A DNA stretch of 63,985 bases, the filler included, from an uncultured bacterium (GTDB taxonomy: Bacteria; Auribacterota; CAZIXI01), in NCBI GenBank assembly GCA_964543115.1. It is 9 parts of 9 records of this genome, joined end to end, with 100 filler letters (N's around TTAATTAATTAA, not from the genome) between each part and the next. Parts side by side here need not be neighbours in the genome. Positions count along the whole stretch, not along the records: positions 1 to 7,603 come from CAZIXI010000169.1; 8 more parts are not named here. The stretch is one strand, 5' to 3'. A program made the position numbers and the translations under genes. The notes beneath the pieces were generated by a model, which was not told where the DNA came from, did no database searches, and saw nothing but the letters and a program-made list of their open reading frames with translations. Shown piece after piece: positions 1-7,703 of this stretch. Numbering within the stretch: position 1 is the first letter of the stretch; each line of letters begins with the position of its first letter.

Positions 1-324
1 ACGATTGCTATTCGGGCCGTGACTATTCTGGCAAAAGTGCATCCAAATTATGGAAAAATAGCCTGGTATATCGGTGTTGGCGGCTTTTTTGTGTTTTTTG
101 TTTATAAGTACCGGGTAAATCGAGCGAGGGCAAAGGTTATTCTGCAGGGAAAATTATTGGATAAAATCAACCGGAAAGGCGAATTGAGCGAAGAAGATTA
201 TGGAGTGATTAGCGCTATTCTTTGCGCTTTAAGCTCAAGAAAAGAAACGGTAAATTATATATTTATTTTTGCTCTGTCCGCTGTAGCGATAATGCTGGCG
301 GTATATATGGATTTTATTAGATAG
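1..324 (+). CDS. Small membrane protein of unknown function, 5'-truncated by the window edge
   Basis: Frame 1 is open from base 1 ([13 protein letters not shown]...) to TAG at 322-324 and has hydrophobic segments [11 protein letters not shown] and [16 protein letters not shown]. Confidence 0.75.
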   Translation, partial: TIAIRAVTILAKVHPNYGKIAWYIGVGGFFVFFVYKYRVNRARAKVILQGKLLDKINRKGELSEEDYGVISAILCALSSRKETVNYIFIFALSAVAIMLAVYMDFIR

Positions 325-334
325 GAGGATTTTT

Positions 335-460
335 ATGGCAGTAGAAAATGTCGGTGAAAAGTATAAGTGTAATCTGTGCGGTAATGAAGTGGAAGTAACC
401 AAGGTGGGCGGCGGTGAACTGGTCTGTTGCGGCCAGCCAATGGAGAAATTGGAAGGCTGA
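335..460 (+). CDS. Stand-alone desulforedoxin-like Fe(Cys)4 protein, 41 aa (missed by the ORF track)
   Basis: Hand translation [41 protein letters not shown] has the CxxC...CCGxPM motif of the desulfoferrodoxin N-terminal domain. RBS AGGAGG at 323-328. Confidence 0.92.
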   Translation: MAVENVGEKYKCNLCGNEVEVTKVGGGELVCCGQPMEKLEG

Positions 461-517
461 CATCTGAAAAAAAAGGAAAGAAGAAGGCTAAAAAGAAGAA
501 GAAATAGGAGTTTTACA

Positions 518-985
518 ATGGAGAAGTTACCTGAGCAGATATTGAGTTTTTTCAAGAAGCAGGGTTTTGTTATTGTTTCTTCCCTGGACGAGGACGGCAG
601 TATCCATATTGCCGCGAAAGGCATAGTGGGGATAGAAGAAGGTGGGCAGGTGTTTTTGCTTGATCTTTATTTAGGTGAAACATTCAGGAATCTAAAGAGA
701 AATCCTACGGTAAGCATAACGGCTATAGATGAACATGCCTTTGAGGGTTATACCTTGAAGGGGCAGGCGAAGATTGTCGAAAAGGACAAGATGGCCGAAC
801 ATATTGTTCAGGCCTGGCAGGACAGGATAGTGAAGCGGCTTGCTAACAGGATCCTTAAGAATGTGACCAGCGGGAAGAGATCCCTGGGGCATCATCCGGA
901 AGCCAAAATGCCTACACCCAAGTATCTGATTGAGATTGATGTAGAAAAGATCGTTGATCTAACGCCCCACGCCCTCAAATTGTAA
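518..985 (+). CDS. Pyridoxamine 5'-phosphate oxidase family (FMN-binding split barrel) protein
   Basis: Sequence pattern FVIVSSLDEDG...TFRNLKRNPTVSI...GYTLKG. AGGAG RBS upstream. Confidence 0.8.
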   Translation: MEKLPEQILSFFKKQGFVIVSSLDEDGSIHIAAKGIVGIEEGGQVFLLDLYLGETFRNLKRNPTVSITAIDEHAFEGYTLKGQAKIVEKDKMAEHIVQAWQDRIVKRLANRILKNVTSGKRSLGHHPEAKMPTPKYLIEIDVEKIVDLTPHALKL

Positions 986-1061
986 TTATTTGGGACGACA
1001 CGCCCTGTTATTCGGGACGACACGCCCTGTTATTCGGGACGACACGGAGGTCGTCCCCTAC
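986..1061 (-). repeat. GTAG-type REP-like palindrome with two upstream 22-nt partial duplications
   Basis: Plus strand: GGGACGACACGCCCTGTTATTC at 992-1013 and 1014-1035, then GGGACGAC-ACGGAG-GTCGTCCC-CTAC at 1036-1061. The minus strand reads GTAG + hairpin. Confidence 0.75.
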
Positions 1062-1965
1062 TGAGGTATGCTTCCGCGGCCAGGGCGGCGGTTACGCCTT
1101 CTCCGCAGGCGGTAGCGATCTGGCGCACGGGTTTAGCGCAGACATCACCGGCGGCAAAGATGCCGGGGATGTCTGTTTCCATCCGTTGATTCGTGATAAT
1201 ATATCCTTCCTTATCAAGCTTGATTAATCCTTGCAGGAATTTTGTGCTGGGTATTCCTCCCTTATAAATAAATATACCTTCTGCTTTTATGGTTGTTTCT
1301 TCTCCGCTGCTGCGGTCCTTGAAAGTTACTGTTTCCATTTTGTTCTGCCCGTTTATTGAGAGGATTTGTTTGTTAACCATGAATTTGGTTTTAGGATTAG
1401 CCTTTGCCCTGTCCTGGAGTAGCTTATCAGCCCTGATATAGGGGGAGGTGGCAATAAAGGTAACACTGGCGGCAAATTTTAAGAGAAATGTTCCTTCTTC
1501 CACACCGGAATTACCGCAGCCGGCTACAATAACGTCTTTCCCGCGATAAAGCGCGCCGTCACAGGTGGCGCAGTAGGAGACGCCCTTACCCAGTAATTCC
1601 TTTTCTCCCGGAACACCGAGTTTCCGGGGAATGGTGCCGGTGGCCAGGATGAGGGCGGAAGCGGTAAGCTTATCTTTTTCGGTTTCGATACTTATCCGGT
1701 TGGCAGCGGGAGTGATTTTCTTTACCGCAGCGGTTTTTATTTGTGTGCCGAATTTCTCCGCCTGCTGCTTAAACTTTTCCATTAGTTCCATGCCGGAGGT
1801 GCCTTCCGGAAATCCGGGATAATTCTCTACGGAGTAAGTGGTGTTCACCAGTCCGCCGGGAATGCCTTTTTCCAGCAGTAGTGTGTTCCAGCCCGCGCGG
1901 GCAGTATAAATGGCCGCGCTCAGCCCGGCTGGACCGCCGCCGACAATGATTAGATCGTGGTTCAT
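1030..1965 (-). CDS. trxB: Thioredoxin-disulfide reductase (copy 1)
   Basis: GGGPAG FAD motif, CATC active site and GIFAAGD. RBS AAGGAGG. Confidence 0.95.
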   Translation of the reverse strand: MNHDLIIVGGGPAGLSAAIYTARAGWNTLLLEKGIPGGLVNTTYSVENYPGFPEGTSGMELMEKFKQQAEKFGTQIKTAAVKKITPAANRISIETEKDKLTASALILATGTIPRKLGVPGEKELLGKGVSYCATCDGALYRGKDVIVAGCGNSGVEEGTFLLKFAASVTFIATSPYIRADKLLQDRAKANPKTKFMVNKQILSINGQNKMETVTFKDRSSGEETTIKAEGIFIYKGGIPSTKFLQGLIKLDKEGYIITNQRMETDIPGIFAAGDVCAKPVRQIATACGEGVTAALAAEAYLSRGRPPCRPE

Positions 1966-1976
1966 TTGTTACCTCC

Positions 1977-3713
1977 TTAGAATCTCAAGCCCAGATTAAG
2001 TATTGTCCCGACAATAACAGCTGTCAGGATCATGATTAAACCGGATTTTATCATATCTTTTATTCCTAATTCTTTCACCATGACAACAAAGGTGGCAATA
2101 CAGGGAAAGTAAATAGCCAATATCGTGCAGCCGATTACCAGCTGTTTAGTGGTTAGATTCAATGGCCCCAGCATGCCCACGGCCACATCTTTTCTGAGGA
2201 ACCCGATCAGCAGGGCGGAAATCGCTTCCGCTGGCAGTCCCCAGAGGCCGGTGAGTACAGGGCTCACTAACTTAGCAAGGAAATCAATTATTTTCAGGGC
2301 GTAAAGAATATTAACAAAGAGAACACCTAAAAGTACATAGGGAACAGCGGAAACGATAAATCCCTCTACCCGCAGCCAGAGTTTTTTGATAACCGCCAGC
2401 GGCTGGGGGATGCGGTAGGGGGGGATTTCCAGGATCAGTGCCGGGCTCTCACCCTTGATGAAGCGGTTGAGTATTTTACCCAGTACGGTCCAGATAATAA
2501 GCAGTGTCAGAAAAACAATGGCCAGGTAACCGCCGCCGCGTTCTCCCACTAATCCGATGATCACCGCCAGTTGGGCCATGCAGGGAACGGCGATGGCCAT
2601 TAAGGTGGCGGCAATAAATTTCTCCCGTTTTCCTTCCAGGATCCTGGTGGACAGCGCGCCGGGAACGTTACAGCCCAGGCCGAGAATCATTGGCACAATG
2701 GCGTATCCGTGAAGCCCCAAGCGGTGCATTAAGTTGTCAACTAATACTGCCAGGCGCGGCAGATAGCCAAAATCCTCCAGAATTCCCAAGACCAGATAAA
2801 AACTGAAAATATAGGGCAGTACCATGGCCAGCGGGACGAAGAGCCCGGTGGACAGCAGGCCGAAAGAAAGCCCAAAGTCTATTTGGCCGTCAATGAGTTT
2901 ACCTACGAGAATATCATGTATTATGCCGCCGGAGCCTAGGAGGGCGCTTAATTTCATTAACAGCGGCAGGTATAAAATTTCAAACAACGGTTCAAATACG
3001 TAACCGATTAATCCTTCACCGATAAAGCGCACGACAAGAAAGGAGAAGAAAAGAATTGCTATGGCCAGCGGCAGGCCGGTAGCCGGTTTAATGCTCAGGT
3101 CCTGGAGTATTTCCAGAAATGTATGATGACGGTGATGAATTGTCTGGACCTCGGCAATAATTTTACCTATTTCCTGCCATTTGTCATGTGCGGGCCGGAG
3201 TTTCAGCAGATTGAAAAGAGGCGTTTTGTGGATTGTCTTTGCTTCCGGGATTCGTTTTACCAGTTCCTTAATGCCTTCTCCGGTCAGTCCGCAAGTGGTT
3301 ACAATAGGCACCTTGAGTATTTCCGCCAGTTTGCCGGCATTTATCTCGATGCCCTTATGTTTGGTGTCGTCCCACATATTGAGGGCGATAATAACCGGGA
3401 TATTCTTTTCCAGCAGTTCCAGCGTGAGGGCAAGGTTCCTCTCCAGATTAGTGCTGTCAATGATATTGACTACTAGATCCGCGTCTTTTAACATCTCTAC
3501 GGCAACTTCTTCAGCCTTAGAGGTTGGGTCCAGGGAATAACTGCCGGGGGCATCCATTACCATGACCTTTTCCGATCCCAATCTCATGTGCCCCTGGGTG
3601 AATTCTACCGTTGTTCCGGGATAATTGGAGATAATTACCCGGGCACCGGTAAGCCGGCTGAAGATCGCGCTCTTCCCAACATTGGGATTCCCCATCAATA
3701 ATATACGTTTCAT
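1977..3713 (-). CDS. feoB: Ferrous iron transporter FeoB
   Basis: GNPNVGKS (G1), NYPGTT (G2), DAPG (G3), NMWD (G4), membrane domain with LGLGCNVP and YFPCIAT gate motifs. Confidence 0.95.
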   Translation of the reverse strand: MKRILLMGNPNVGKSAIFSRLTGARVIISNYPGTTVEFTQGHMRLGSEKVMVMDAPGSYSLDPTSKAEEVAVEMLKDADLVVNIIDSTNLERNLALTLELLEKNIPVIIALNMWDDTKHKGIEINAGKLAEILKVPIVTTCGLTGEGIKELVKRIPEAKTIHKTPLFNLLKLRPAHDKWQEIGKIIAEVQTIHHRHHTFLEILQDLSIKPATGLPLAIAILFFSFLVVRFIGEGLIGYVFEPLFEILYLPLLMKLSALLGSGGIIHDILVGKLIDGQIDFGLSFGLLSTGLFVPLAMVLPYIFSFYLVLGILEDFGYLPRLAVLVDNLMHRLGLHGYAIVPMILGLGCNVPGALSTRILEGKREKFIAATLMAIAVPCMAQLAVIIGLVGERGGGYLAIVFLTLLIIWTVLGKILNRFIKGESPALILEIPPYRIPQPLAVIKKLWLRVEGFIVSAVPYVLLGVLFVNILYALKIIDFLAKLVSPVLTGLWGLPAEAISALLIGFLRKDVAVGMLGPLNLTTKQLVIGCTILAIYFPCIATFVVMVKELGIKDMIKSGLIMILTAVIVGTILNLGLRF

Positions 3714-3816
3714 AATGGTATTTTTTTACAAATTTTTCAACATACTATGAAAATGACAACTGATATCTTGAAAATTATCATTATAATTAATTCGTGTAAA
3801 TTCGTGGCTAAGAATC

Positions 3817-4047
3817 TTACTCTATTTCTACTAGTATCTTCCGGGACATGCCGAAGCCGAGGGCGATCTGGGTTTTGCCGACGCGCACGGTTTGCGGACC
3901 GTGCCAGAAATGGCTGCTCACCTTGGTTATTTTTTCGCCTTCTCTGATGCCCATATTGTGGATGCGTCGGGCCGCTTCATGTCCGCCCTGGATCTCAGTT
4001 ACAATCCCCGTTTCACCAGGTTTCATCCGGGTAAGATCAACAGTCAT
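3817..4047 (-). CDS. feoA: Ferrous iron transport protein FeoA
   Basis: 76 aa, pattern RIHNMGIREGEKI...GPQTVRVG...ALG, located directly upstream of feoB. Confidence 0.92.
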   Translation of the reverse strand: MTVDLTRMKPGETGIVTEIQGGHEAARRIHNMGIREGEKITKVSSHFWHGPQTVRVGKTQIALGFGMSRKILVEIE

Positions 4048-4478
4048 TTTTTACCTCGGCATTTTTTACAAAGACCGCGGATACCCAAGCGACATTCTAC
4101 GGGTTCAAAATCATGTTGTCGGCAGATGGCATCTCGCAGCCGGTTAATATTATCTTCACAAAATTCAATAATTTTACCGCAGTTAACGCAAAGCAGGTGA
4201 TCATGGTGTTCGTGGCCGTAAGTATGTTCATAACTGGACTTACCTTCGCAGCGCAGTGTTTCCCTGATCAGACCGGAATCAACCAGCAGGGGCAGGGTGC
4301 GGTAGACAGTTGCCCGGGAAAGACGGCTGCCCCGTTCACGCAAGGTGTCGTAAAGCCGTTCGGCATCAAAATGTGTGTGCAGAGAGAATGCCCCGGATAG
4401 TATTTCCCGGCGTTCAGGGGTAAGTTTTAGGCCCTGTGTTTGCAGGAATTGTTTAAATTTATCGTTTTCAGGTTTCAT
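4044..4478 (-). CDS. fur: Fur-family transcriptional regulator
   Basis: LTPERR, HFDAERLY, SRATVYRTL, HEHHDHLLCVNCG and CKKC motifs. First gene of the feo operon. Confidence 0.92.
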   Translation of the reverse strand: MKPENDKFKQFLQTQGLKLTPERREILSGAFSLHTHFDAERLYDTLRERGSRLSRATVYRTLPLLVDSGLIRETLRCEGKSSYEHTYGHEHHDHLLCVNCGKIIEFCEDNINRLRDAICRQHDFEPVECRLGIRGLCKKCRGKK

Positions 4479-4491
4479 GGGAATAAATGTT

Positions 4492-4543
4492 ATTGAGAAT
4501 GATTCTCAATCTCAATTGTAGATTATATAGGTTTTGGTGTCAA
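4492..4543 (-). promoter_or_regulatory. Sigma70 promoter of fur-feoAB-trxB with a Fur-box-like operator
   Basis: Minus strand TTGACA (4543-4538)-17 nt-TACAAT (4520-4515). Perfect 9-1-9 palindrome ATTGAGAAT-G-ATTCTCAAT at 4492-4510 over the predicted start site. Confidence 0.85.
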
Positions 4544-4590
4544 GCTTGTTTTTTGAAAAATATTCTGAATTAAACCACAAAGGGCTCTGG

Positions 4591-5499
4591 TCAAGTGGCC
4601 AGCATGCGGTCAACGGCCTTTTTTGCCCTGGCGCGGATATCCGCGGAAACCCGGACTTCGTGTTTCATGTCCTCCAGGCTCCAGAGGATCTTTTCCAGGG
4701 TGCTGATTTTCATTGTCGGACAAAGGGCCCGCTCGGCCGCCGGATAAAATATTTTATTCGGGTTGTCTTTTTGCAGGCGGTAGATCATCCCTACCTCCGT
4801 GCCGACAATAATCTCCCGGGCGTCTGTCTCTTTGGCGAATTTGAGCATGCCGGAAGTGGAACAAACAGCGTCGCAGAGGGCGAGTACTGCCGGAGGGCAT
4901 TCCGGATGGGCCATGGCCTTGGCTCCTGGATGCAGTTTCTTCTGCTTTTCTATATCCTCCGGGAGGATCTTTACATGGGAAGGGCAGTAGCCGTTCCAGG
5001 GAATAATGTTATCCCTCTTTGTCTGGCGGATGGTATAGTCAGCCAGGTATTTATCCGGGACAAAAATTATTTCCTGATCCGGCGGCAGGGAGTTAACTAT
5101 TTTAATGGAATTAGCGGAAGTACAGCAGACATCGGCAAGTGCCTTAATCTCTGCTGAGGTGTTAACATAAGCAACCACCGCGGCTTGGGGATGTTTTTCT
5201 TTCAGGGCGAGCAGTTCCGCCGGTGTGACCATATCAGCCATCGGACAGCCGGCGGTTATTTCCGGCATGAGCACGGTTTTATCCGGGCAGAGGATAGAGG
5301 CGGTTTCCGCCATAAATGAAACACCGCAGAAAACAACCACCTGGGCGTCTGTCCGGCTGGCAATGCGGCTCAGTTCCAGGGAATCTCCCCGGTGATCCGC
5401 TATGTCCTGCACCTCCCCGGGCTGGTAATTATGAACGAGAATTACCGCCTTACGTTCTTTTTTCAGTTTGTTTATTTTGTCCGTTAATTCATTTTTCAT
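4591..5499 (-). CDS. nadA: Quinolinate synthase NadA (start moved to ATG 5499)
   Basis: HNYQ, FCGVSFMAETA, AGCPMAD, CTSAN, AHPEC and CPTMK motifs. RBS GGGAGGAG and ATGA overlap with the mnmA stop. Confidence 0.95.
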   Translation of the reverse strand: MKNELTDKINKLKKERKAVILVHNYQPGEVQDIADHRGDSLELSRIASRTDAQVVVFCGVSFMAETASILCPDKTVLMPEITAGCPMADMVTPAELLALKEKHPQAAVVAYVNTSAEIKALADVCCTSANSIKIVNSLPPDQEIIFVPDKYLADYTIRQTKRDNIIPWNGYCPSHVKILPEDIEKQKKLHPGAKAMAHPECPPAVLALCDAVCSTSGMLKFAKETDAREIIVGTEVGMIYRLQKDNPNKIFYPAAERALCPTMKISTLEKILWSLEDMKHEVRVSADIRARAKKAVDRMLAT

Positions 5500-6557
5500 A
5501 ATATTGTCGCTCCTCCCAGAACAGTATTTCTCCGGTAAAAAACAACCGCCTGCCCGGGCGTGACCGCCCATTTAGGCGATAGAAATTTGACCGTTACTTT
5601 ATCATTTTTCACGGGCAGAAGTAAAGCCTTAGTTGCCTCGTCCCGATACCGTATTTTGGCCCTTACCTTAAGCGGTTTGGTAAAAGAACTGACGGCGATA
5701 AGGTTCAAGCCTTCCGCCTCTAATCCGGCAGCATACCCCTCATCCCGCTCACCGGCAACGATAGTATTGCTCTCTTTCATTATGGCAGTGACATATAGTG
5801 GTTTTGCATGGGCGATGCCCAGGCCTTTTCGCTGCCCGATGGTGTAATTCATGATTCCCGTATGTTTTCCGATTTGTTTTCCGGAACTGTTAATTATCGG
5901 ACCCGGTTTTGGGGCAACGGATAGAGTATCTCTTAAGAAACGGGCATAGTTATTGTCCGGGATAAAACATATTTCCTGGCTCTCGGCTTTATGGGCAACT
6001 GCCAGCTTGTATTTTTTGGCCAGCCGGCGCACTTTTTCTTTAGTTAGTTTCCCGAGGGGCAGGATTGTCCTGCTTAGTTGTTTTTGGGTTAGCGGGTAGA
6101 GGAAATATGACTGATCCTTGGCCCGGTCAAGGGCCTTTTTTAACAGAAATCTATTTTTTGTTTTATCATATTCTATCCGGGAATAATGGCCGGTAGCGAT
6201 GTAATCGGCATCCAGTTCAGCTGCTTTACGCAGCAGAAGATCAAATTTTATGTATTGATTGCAGCGGATGCAGGGATTGGGGGTGCGGCCCTGGGAGTAT
6301 TCCCGGCAGAAATCGTTGATGACCTTTTCCTTAAATTCCCGGCGGAAATTAAGCACATAATGCCGGATATCCAGCTGGTGGGCCACTCTCCTGGCGTCTT
6401 CTATTCCGCTCAGGCCGCAGCATCCCCCCCAGTCGAAATTACGGGGCATGAGCTGCATGGTGATGCCGATTACCTGATAGCCTTTTTCTTTCAGCAGGGC
6501 GGCGGTAACCGAGGAGTCTACCCCGCCGCTCATCGCTACGAGGACCTTTTTAGCCAT
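5496..6557 (-). CDS. mnmA: tRNA 2-thiouridylase MnmA
   Basis: AMSGGVDSS, TPNPCIRCN, ATGHY, KDQSYFL, SQEICF and TPGQ motifs. Confidence 0.97.
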   Translation of the reverse strand: MAKKVLVAMSGGVDSSVTAALLKEKGYQVIGITMQLMPRNFDWGGCCGLSGIEDARRVAHQLDIRHYVLNFRREFKEKVINDFCREYSQGRTPNPCIRCNQYIKFDLLLRKAAELDADYIATGHYSRIEYDKTKNRFLLKKALDRAKDQSYFLYPLTQKQLSRTILPLGKLTKEKVRRLAKKYKLAVAHKAESQEICFIPDNNYARFLRDTLSVAPKPGPIINSSGKQIGKHTGIMNYTIGQRKGLGIAHAKPLYVTAIMKESNTIVAGERDEGYAAGLEAEGLNLIAVSSFTKPLKVRAKIRYRDEATKALLLPVKNDKVTVKFLSPKWAVTPGQAVVFYRRNTVLGGATIL

Positions 6558-6612
6558 TTACGTACCTGTGTGTAAAGTACCAAACCCAAAACGATTAGGG
6601 CAGAGATGGTTT

Positions 6613-7539
6613 TTAGCATAGCCAACCTGTTAGATAGAAGATATAAGCGATGAATACAGAAAGTAAGATTATTGCCGTTAGGTAAAGCAGGGCGGTATTT
6701 TTACCCATAATCTTCCAGATGGCCATTATGGTGGAGGCGTTAGTTGCCGGTCCGGCAATCAGAAATACCAGGCCGGCCGCCGGATGCATGCCCTTGGCAA
6801 TCAGCGCGGCCACGAAAGGAATAGAGGCAGTAGAACAGATATACATTGGTGTGGCCACTAAAACCATAATTATCAGCGGTAAAAAGCCTTTGGCCAGATA
6901 TTTATCAACAATCGTCGGCGGAAAGACGGTGGCAATAAGTCCGGCCAGGAACAGGCCCAGGATGATATATTTACCAACGTCGTTGACCATCTCAATGAAG
7001 CCGAAACGGAAGGTTGTTTTTAGGCCTTCTTTTAGGTTCCGGCGGCAGTGCGGGCAGGCCGGGGCAGTGGCCAGGGGATGAGCGCATTGATTGTCCTTAG
7101 GAGCCGCTGGTTTTTGTCTGTCTGCTTCCGGGAGCAGGCGCAGGGACAGCACACCGGTTATGGCGGCAACGGCAAAGCAGGTAATAACTGCGGCTGTGGT
7201 AAAGTGCCAGCCCAGCATACCGATAGAAATAATAATGGTAGTAACAGTGGTTGCCGGGGTGGCGATCAGGAAGGCCAGGGTTGAGGCGCGGGAAGCGCCT
7301 TGTTTGTAGAGTCCCATGCCGGTGGGAATAACACCACAGGAACATAAGGGCAGAGGAATGCCGATCACGGTAGCGGTAAGAATAGATTTAATGTTTTTTC
7401 CGCCGATATATTTTAGTAGAACAGCGGTTGGCAAAAATGCCTTCAGCAGCCCGGCAAACAAAAAACCAATAAGCAGCCAGGGTGCCGCCTCTTGGGTATA
7501 GTGCCAGGTATTGGTGAAAATTTGAAATACAATGTGCAT
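6613..7539 (-). CDS. Predicted permease (DUF318-type, putative metal transport)
   Basis: Twin motifs PLPLCSCGVIP and PMYICSTASIPF, a His/Cys-rich central loop and about 8 hydrophobic segments. Confidence 0.85.
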   Translation of the reverse strand: MHIVFQIFTNTWHYTQEAAPWLLIGFLFAGLLKAFLPTAVLLKYIGGKNIKSILTATVIGIPLPLCSCGVIPTGMGLYKQGASRASTLAFLIATPATTVTTIIISIGMLGWHFTTAAVITCFAVAAITGVLSLRLLPEADRQKPAAPKDNQCAHPLATAPACPHCRRNLKEGLKTTFRFGFIEMVNDVGKYIILGLFLAGLIATVFPPTIVDKYLAKGFLPLIIMVLVATPMYICSTASIPFVAALIAKGMHPAAGLVFLIAGPATNASTIMAIWKIMGKNTALLYLTAIILLSVFIAYIFYLTGWLC

Positions 7540-7601
7540 TATTTTTTAGTCTTTTTCATGAAATCATCAATTGCCGAGCGCAGTGCTTCTTCCGCCAGTA
7601 C
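7539..7601 (-). CDS. C-terminal fragment of an IscU/NifU-type Fe-S scaffold (cut by contig end)
   Basis: Hand translation VLAEEALRSAIDDFMKKTKK* matches the IscU C-terminal helix. TAATG overlap with the permease start, upstream of mnmA. Confidence 0.7.
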   Translation of the reverse strand, partial: VLAEEALRSAIDDFMKKTKK

Positions 7602-7603
7602 CG

Positions 7604-7703
7604 NNNNNNNNNNNNNNNNNNNNNNNNNNNNNNNNNNNNNNNNNNNNTTAATTAATTAANNNNNNNNNNNNNNNNNNNNNNNNNNNNNNNNNNNNNNNNN
7701 NNN
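7604..7703. other. Artificial contig linker; the same linker occurs at 15286-15385, 22912-23011, 30463-30562, 37904-38003, 45326-45425, 52684-52783 and 60004-60103
   Basis: Each is 44 N + TTAATTAATTAA (stops in all six frames) + 44 N, and the flanking contigs are sorted by length. Confidence 0.98.

Noticed and set aside
992..1061. 22-nt direct repeats as a mini CRISPR
   Set aside because: The copies are contiguous with no spacers and there are no cas genes.
3771..3810. AATTATCATTATAATT as a second Fur box, and CACGAATT x2 as a repeat element, between feoA and feoB
   Set aside because: The region is very AT-rich, the match differs from the clear operator at 4492, and two short copies are too weak to call.
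7604..7703. Repeated TTAATTAATTAA motif every ~7.4 kb as a biological repeat or array
   Set aside because: It has identical N padding and six-frame stops and separates length-sorted contigs, so it is a concatenation linker. ORF ends reading XXXLIN are artefacts.
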